NCBI GenBank assembly: GCA_017509255.1
Contig: JAFWQA010000004.1
Coordinates: 3,049-67,048 of the forward strand
Reading direction: 5' to 3'
DNA length: 64,000 nucleotides
From: Clostridia bacterium
Lineage (GTDB): Bacteria; Bacillota; Clostridia; Christensenellales; Aristaeellaceae
A program made the translations under genes and the position numbers. Below the pieces are notes generated by a model, which searched no databases, was not told where the DNA came from, and saw only the letters and a program-made list of their open reading frames with translations. This document shows, one piece after another, positions 59,407 through 64,000 of the stretch. Each line of letters opens with the position of its first letter. Within the stretch, counting starts at the first letter, position 1.

Positions 59407-60894
59407 ATGGCCACCAACAGTACGGCCGAAACCATTGTTTTTATTATCTATCTCGCCTTTACGCTGGCGATCGGGGTCTTTTTTTTCCTGCGCACGCGTA
59501 ACGGCGGTGAAAAAACGTATTTCCTGGGCGGGCGCCAGATGGGCCCCTGGGTATCCGCGCTGAGCGCCGGCGCCTCCGACATGAGTGCCTGGGTGCTGAT
59601 GGGCCTGCCGACCAGCATCTATGCCGCGGGTCTCGGGCAGGTCTGGATCTCCATCGGTCTGGCTGTCGGCTACGCGCTGAGCTGGATCTTCGAGGCACCC
59701 CGCCTGCGGAAGTTCTCCATCGTGGCGGATGACTCCATCACGGTGCCCCAGTTCCTGACCAACCGCTTCAAATCCAAGTCCAAAGCGCTGCAGATCATCT
59801 GTGCGGTCGTCTTCCTGCTGGCCTACACCGTCTATGCCGCTTCCAGCATCAAGGCCTGCGGCACGCTGTTCCACACGGTCATCCCCGCACTGGAAGAAAA
59901 TGTAGCCATGTACATCGCCGCGGCAATCATCATCAGCTATACCTTCCTGGGCGGCTTCAGCGCCGTCTGCTGGACCGACTTCTTCCAGGGAATGCTGATG
60001 CTCGGCGCTTTGCTGATCGCGCCGATCTTTGCCGCCGTGAATCTCGGTACGATTGAAAGCACCGCGATCGTCGGCTCAGGCTCCGAAAACTACTGGAATC
60101 TCTTCTCCAGCTGGCAGGACATCGTGTCCGGACTCGGCTGGGGCCTCGGCTACTTCGGCATGCCGCATATCATCATCCGCTTCATGTCCGTCCGCTCCCA
60201 GAAAGAAATGAAAAAGTCCGCCCGCATCGGCATCATCTGGACAACGCTGATCCTGATCTTCGCCGCACTGGTCGGAATCATCGGACGGATGTATCTGGGC
60301 TTTGACGAAAGCATCAACAAAAGCTCCACGGTGTTCATCACCATGGTCCGCCGCATCTTCCCCGCAGTCGTTTCCGGCATTCTGCTCTCCGCGGTGCTTG
60401 CCGCCTCCATGAGCACAGCCGACAGCCAGCTGCTTTCCGCCGCTTCCGCCTTCGCCAGCGACGTATACAATCCCGTCGTCCGGAAAAAGCAGGCCAGCAA
60501 CCGGGAGATGCTCTGGGTCGGCCGTATGGTCGTGCTGATCATCGCCGTCATCGCGCTGGTCATTGCCTCCAATCCCAACAGCGGATCCATCATGAGCCTG
60601 GTTTCCAACGCCTGGGGCGTATTCGGTGCCGCATTCGGCCCGTCCATCCTGCTGGCCCTGTTCTGGCGCCGTTTCAGCTTCCAGGGCGCGGTTGCGGGTA
60701 TTCTGGTGGGCGGTGCCGTGGATATCGCCTGGCTGGCTTTCTGGTCCTCTACGGGAGTATATGAGCTGGTCCCCGGATTCATTGCCGGCCTGCTCGCCGC
60801 GGTGATCATCACCCTGCTGACCAAAGCGCCCTCCGCGGAAGTCAGCGAGCTGTTTGACGCCGCTGTTTCCCATCTGGATGAGAACGAAGACTGA
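59407..60894 (+). CDS. putP: Sodium/proline symporter
   Basis: ALSAGASDMSAWVLMGLP, WGLGYFGMPHI and AASMSTADSQLL motifs. Confidence 0.92.
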   Translation: MATNSTAETIVFIIYLAFTLAIGVFFFLRTRNGGEKTYFLGGRQMGPWVSALSAGASDMSAWVLMGLPTSIYAAGLGQVWISIGLAVGYALSWIFEAPRLRKFSIVADDSITVPQFLTNRFKSKSKALQIICAVVFLLAYTVYAASSIKACGTLFHTVIPALEENVAMYIAAAIIISYTFLGGFSAVCWTDFFQGMLMLGALLIAPIFAAVNLGTIESTAIVGSGSENYWNLFSSWQDIVSGLGWGLGYFGMPHIIIRFMSVRSQKEMKKSARIGIIWTTLILIFAALVGIIGRMYLGFDESINKSSTVFITMVRRIFPAVVSGILLSAVLAASMSTADSQLLSAASAFASDVYNPVVRKKQASNREMLWVGRMVVLIIAVIALVIASNPNSGSIMSLVSNAWGVFGAAFGPSILLALFWRRFSFQGAVAGILVGGAVDIAWLAFWSSTGVYELVPGFIAGLLAAVIITLLTKAPSAEVSELFDAAVSHLDENED

Positions 60895-60910
60895 TTTTCA
60901 GAGCAACAGG

Positions 60911-60946
60911 AAGGCGCCCCGTCCGATCGGACAGGGCGCCTTTTTC
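60911..60946. terminator. Intrinsic terminator between convergent genes
   Basis: AAGGCGCCC(C)GTCC-GATC-GGAC(A)GGGCGCCTT followed by a T run. Confidence 0.78.
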
Positions 60947-60975
60947 CGTTCGGGCCGGCGGAACCGGCTCCCGGG

Positions 60976-61335
60976 TTATTTGGTTTTGTACCGGGCTTTC
61001 AGCGCGGCAAAGGTCTTGTCACTGATCACATGCTCAATGCGGCAGGCGTCCTCCGTAGCGGTCTCCTCATCCACTCCGAGGTCCATGAACATCCTGGACA
61101 GGACGCGGTGGCGTTCATAAATCTTCTCCGCGATCTTCTTTCCTTTTTCGAGAAAAACGATATTTCCGTCCGGTTCTATCTGAATACATTCATCAGCACG
61201 GAGCTTCGCCATCGCGCGGCTCACAGACGGTCTGGAAAGATTCATCTCCTCCGCCACGTCAATGGAGCGGACGGTGTTTTTCTGATTTTTCAGGACCAGA
61301 ATGGTTTCGAGATACATTTCTCCCGATTCACGCAT
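60976..61335 (-). CDS. DtxR/MntR-family metal-dependent transcriptional regulator (short form)
   Basis: ESGEMYLETI, VRSIDVA, SVSRA, IYERH and DACRIEHVIS motifs. Confidence 0.92.
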   Translation of the reverse strand: MRESGEMYLETILVLKNQKNTVRSIDVAEEMNLSRPSVSRAMAKLRADECIQIEPDGNIVFLEKGKKIAEKIYERHRVLSRMFMDLGVDEETATEDACRIEHVISDKTFAALKARYKTK

Positions 61336-61558
61336 AACGGAACTCTCCCTTTTCAGTTGATCAGAAATACTGAAGTTATTATAACCGAAGAACGCAGCAA
61401 TTCGCAAGCTTTTCCATATTTTTTTACAATCGGTCATCCCCGTTTTCTCTCCAGTCCCGTTCCCTTCACGGAAAAACGATTCCCCGCTTTGTTCGCCTTG
61501 ACTTTTTGCCCCCGGCCGATTACCATGATTGTGGATTTTTATGGAAAGAGGCGATTCC

Positions 61559-62053
61559 TTGATCGTTCTGGGCATTGACCCCGGGTATGCGCTGATGGGC
61601 TGGGGTGTCGTGGAAACGAATGGCAGCAGGATGCGCCTGATCAATTACGGCTGCATCGAAACCAAGGCCGGCGTTCCCATGCAGAACCGCCTGCGCGCGC
61701 TGCAGATCGGCGTGCGCGACCTGCTGAACATCTATCACCCGGATGACGTTGCCTTTGAGGAGCTGTTCTTTGCCCGCAACGTGACGACCGCCCTGATGGT
61801 CGGCGCCGCGCGCGGCGCAGCCATCATTGCCGCGGCGGAATACACGGAAAACCTCTACGAATATACTCCCATGCAGATCAAGCAGGCCATCACGGGCTAC
61901 GGCAAAGCCGACAAGAAACAGATCCAGCAGATGGTCAAGCTGCTGCTCCACCTGGACCAGATCCCGAAGCCCGACGATGCCGCCGACGCGATCGCCTGCG
62001 CGATCACTCACTGCCAGGCGGGGCCTGCCAAGGTCCAGTTTATGATGAAATGA
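61559..62053 (+). CDS. ruvC: Holliday junction resolvase RuvC
   Basis: LGIDPG, EELFF, GYGKADK and DDAADA motifs; TTG start. Confidence 0.96.
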   Translation: MIVLGIDPGYALMGWGVVETNGSRMRLINYGCIETKAGVPMQNRLRALQIGVRDLLNIYHPDDVAFEELFFARNVTTALMVGAARGAAIIAAAEYTENLYEYTPMQIKQAITGYGKADKKQIQQMVKLLLHLDQIPKPDDAADAIACAITHCQAGPAKVQFMMK

Positions 62054-62065
62054 TGAGGTAATGCT

Positions 62066-62674
62066 ATGTACGCTTTTATTGAGGGACAGGTATGTGAGAA
62101 GGCCAACGGGTCCATCGTCCTTCTGGCCGCCGGCGTCGGCTGGCAGCTGGTCTGCTCCAACAGCACGCTGCAGGCGGCCCCCGCCCTGGGGGAAACCATG
62201 CGGTGCTATACATACCTCTCCGTCCGGGAGGATGCGATGGAGCTGTTCGGCTTTGCCAGCAGGGAGGAAAAGGAAATGTTCCTGCAGCTGACCTCCATTT
62301 CCGGCATCGGGCCCCGGACCGCGCTGGGCGTACTCGGTGCCATGTCCCTGCGGGATCTGAACATGGCCATCCTGCTGGGGGACGTCAACGCCCTTTCCCG
62401 CGCGCCCGGCATCGGAAAAAAGACGGCACAGCGGATCGCGCTGGAGCTCAAGGACAAGGTTACCCAGTCAGACGTCTCCGCTGCCGCGGACCGCAGTGCG
62501 GTCGTCCCCGCGGCACCGGAGGCCTCGGACCATATCATGGAAGCCATTGAGGCTCTGACCGCGCTGGGCTACTCCTCCGCGGAAGCCCGCGAGGCCGTCG
62601 GAAGAGTCAGGGATCAGAGCAGCAAATCCGAAGAACTGATCCGTCTCGCGCTTCGCGCGATGGCAGGCTTCTGA
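62066..62674 (+). CDS. ruvA: Holliday junction branch migration protein RuvA
   Basis: VRED, SGIGPRTAL, PGIGKKTAQRI and ALTALGY motifs. Confidence 0.96.
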   Translation: MYAFIEGQVCEKANGSIVLLAAGVGWQLVCSNSTLQAAPALGETMRCYTYLSVREDAMELFGFASREEKEMFLQLTSISGIGPRTALGVLGAMSLRDLNMAILLGDVNALSRAPGIGKKTAQRIALELKDKVTQSDVSAAADRSAVVPAAPEASDHIMEAIEALTALGYSSAEAREAVGRVRDQSSKSEELIRLALRAMAGF

Positions 62675-62696
62675 TCAGGCCGGAATGTGAGGAATT

Positions 62697-63728
62697 ATGG
62701 ACAGCGAAAGATTTATCAGCGGAAATTACCAGCAGGAGGACAGCTCGGTGGAGCTGTCCCTCCGCCCGCATGCCCTGCGGGACTACGTGGGACAGAAGGC
62801 CATCAAGGACAGTCTGGATATTTATATTCAGGCTGCGCTGAGCCGCCGGGACGCGCTGGATCACATCCTGCTTTACGGGCCTCCCGGCCTCGGCAAGACC
62901 ACCCTCGCCTGCATCATCGCGGCAGAGATGGGACAGAACATCCGGATCACCAGCGGTCCCGCCATCGAACGGCCCGGCGATCTGGCCTCCATCCTGAGCA
63001 ACCTGAATGCCGGCGACGTCCTCTTCATCGATGAGATCCACCGCCTTTCCCGTCAGGTGGAGGAAGTCCTGTATCCCGCGATGGAGGACTACGCCATCGA
63101 CATTATGATCGGCAAGGGGCCGACAGCCCGCAGCATCCGTGTGGACCTGCCGAAGTTTACGCTGGTCGGCGCCACCACCCGGGCCGGCCAGCTGTCCGCT
63201 CCGCTCCGTGACCGGTTCGGCATGCTCTTTCGGCTGGAAATGTACTCCCCTGAGGAGCTGAGCCGGATCGTGGAGCGCAGTGCCGGGATCCTCGGTGTGG
63301 ACGCAGACCGGGACGGACTGCTGGAGATCGCACGGCGCAGCCGCGGCACTCCCCGTATCGCCAACCGGATGCTCAAGCGTGTCCGGGATTACGCGCAGGT
63401 CAGGGCCGGCGGACATATCAGCCGGGAGATCGCGCGCGAGGCGCTTTCCCTTCTTGATGTGGATGAGCTGGGACTGGACAAGGTGGACCGCAACCTGCTG
63501 ACCTGTATGATGGATAAGTTTGCCGGCGGCCCCGTCGGCCTCGATACTCTGTCGGCCACCACCGGAGAGGATACCGTCACCATCGAGGACGTATACGAGC
63601 CTTACCTGATGCAGCTCGGCTTCCTGATGCGCACCCCCCGCGGCCGCATGTGCACACCGGCTGCCTGGGCCCATATGAAAAAAACCATGCCTGCTTCCGC
63701 TGAGGCACAGATCAGAATGGAGATCTGA
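62697..63728 (+). CDS. ruvB: Holliday junction branch migration helicase RuvB
   Basis: [21 protein letters not shown] and [10 protein letters not shown] motifs. Confidence 0.98.
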   Translation: MDSERFISGNYQQEDSSVELSLRPHALRDYVGQKAIKDSLDIYIQAALSRRDALDHILLYGPPGLGKTTLACIIAAEMGQNIRITSGPAIERPGDLASILSNLNAGDVLFIDEIHRLSRQVEEVLYPAMEDYAIDIMIGKGPTARSIRVDLPKFTLVGATTRAGQLSAPLRDRFGMLFRLEMYSPEELSRIVERSAGILGVDADRDGLLEIARRSRGTPRIANRMLKRVRDYAQVRAGGHISREIAREALSLLDVDELGLDKVDRNLLTCMMDKFAGGPVGLDTLSATTGEDTVTIEDVYEPYLMQLGFLMRTPRGRMCTPAAWAHMKKTMPASAEAQIRMEI

Positions 63729-63735
63729 CTGATTC

Positions 63736-64000
63736 ATGAAAACATCCGATTTTGATTACGAGCTCCCGGAGGAGCTGATCGCCCAGACTCCGGCCGAACC
63801 CCGCGACCACAGCCGCCTGCTGGTCTATCACCGGGCAGATCAGAGTATTGAGCACAGGCACTTCTACGATATCGTCGATTATCTGAATCCCGGGGACGCG
63901 CTGGTCGTCAATGAGACCCGGGTCATTCCGGCACGCCTGCTGGGCGTCAAGGAGGACACAGGCGTCCCTGTGGAGATCCTGCTGCTGCGCCGGGAAAACA
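63736..64000 (+). CDS. queA: S-adenosylmethionine:tRNA ribosyltransferase-isomerase, 5' part only
   Basis: [26 protein letters not shown]...[10 protein letters not shown]; usual position after ruvB; runs off the window. Confidence 0.95.
   Translation, partial: MKTSDFDYELPEELIAQTPAEPRDHSRLLVYHRADQSIEHRHFYDIVDYLNPGDALVVNETRVIPARLLGVKEDTGVPVEILLLRREN

Noticed and set aside
61340-61558. Searched for a LexA box (GAAC-N4-GTTC) or structured RNA upstream of ruvCAB
   Set aside because: No convincing match; only ordinary divergent promoter hexamers (e.g. TTGACT-N17-TACCAT at 61498-61526).

Overview
Chromosomal window from a GC-rich Firmicute. PolC and floA/nfeD are present, and the gene content suggests an anaerobic Clostridia member (inference). 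It contains no rRNA, tRNA, CRISPR array, integrase or transposase. Housekeeping content: frr-uppS-cdsA-dxr-rseP-ispG-polC, ruvCAB-queA, gdhA and DAHP synthase. Transport and metal handling: CopA, TrkH/TrkA, a UMF1 MFS, AzlCD, AlsT under a tandem glycine riboswitch, an AEC transporter, an ABC exporter, CorC, an ECF S component, PutP and a DtxR/MntR regulator. Accessory content: a LacI-linked ABC + heparinase-II/III-like + DUF2264 + GH88 uronate-glycan locus, PadR-DUF4097, TldD/PmbA, and a DegV/SGNH/DUF1836/NfeD-FloA neighbourhood. Best novelty candidates: (1) a 258-aa protein (18254-19030) joining a Z-alpha-like winged helix (NRxLY...W) to a stand-alone PD-(D/E)XK nuclease-like domain; (2) a ~200-nt nested-hairpin leader before the ECF S-component gene that I cannot assign to a known riboswitch class; (3) a strong internal Shine-Dalgarno plus in-frame ATG inside copA that could yield a free CopZ-like chaperone. 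All calls come from reading motifs by eye; no database searches were run.
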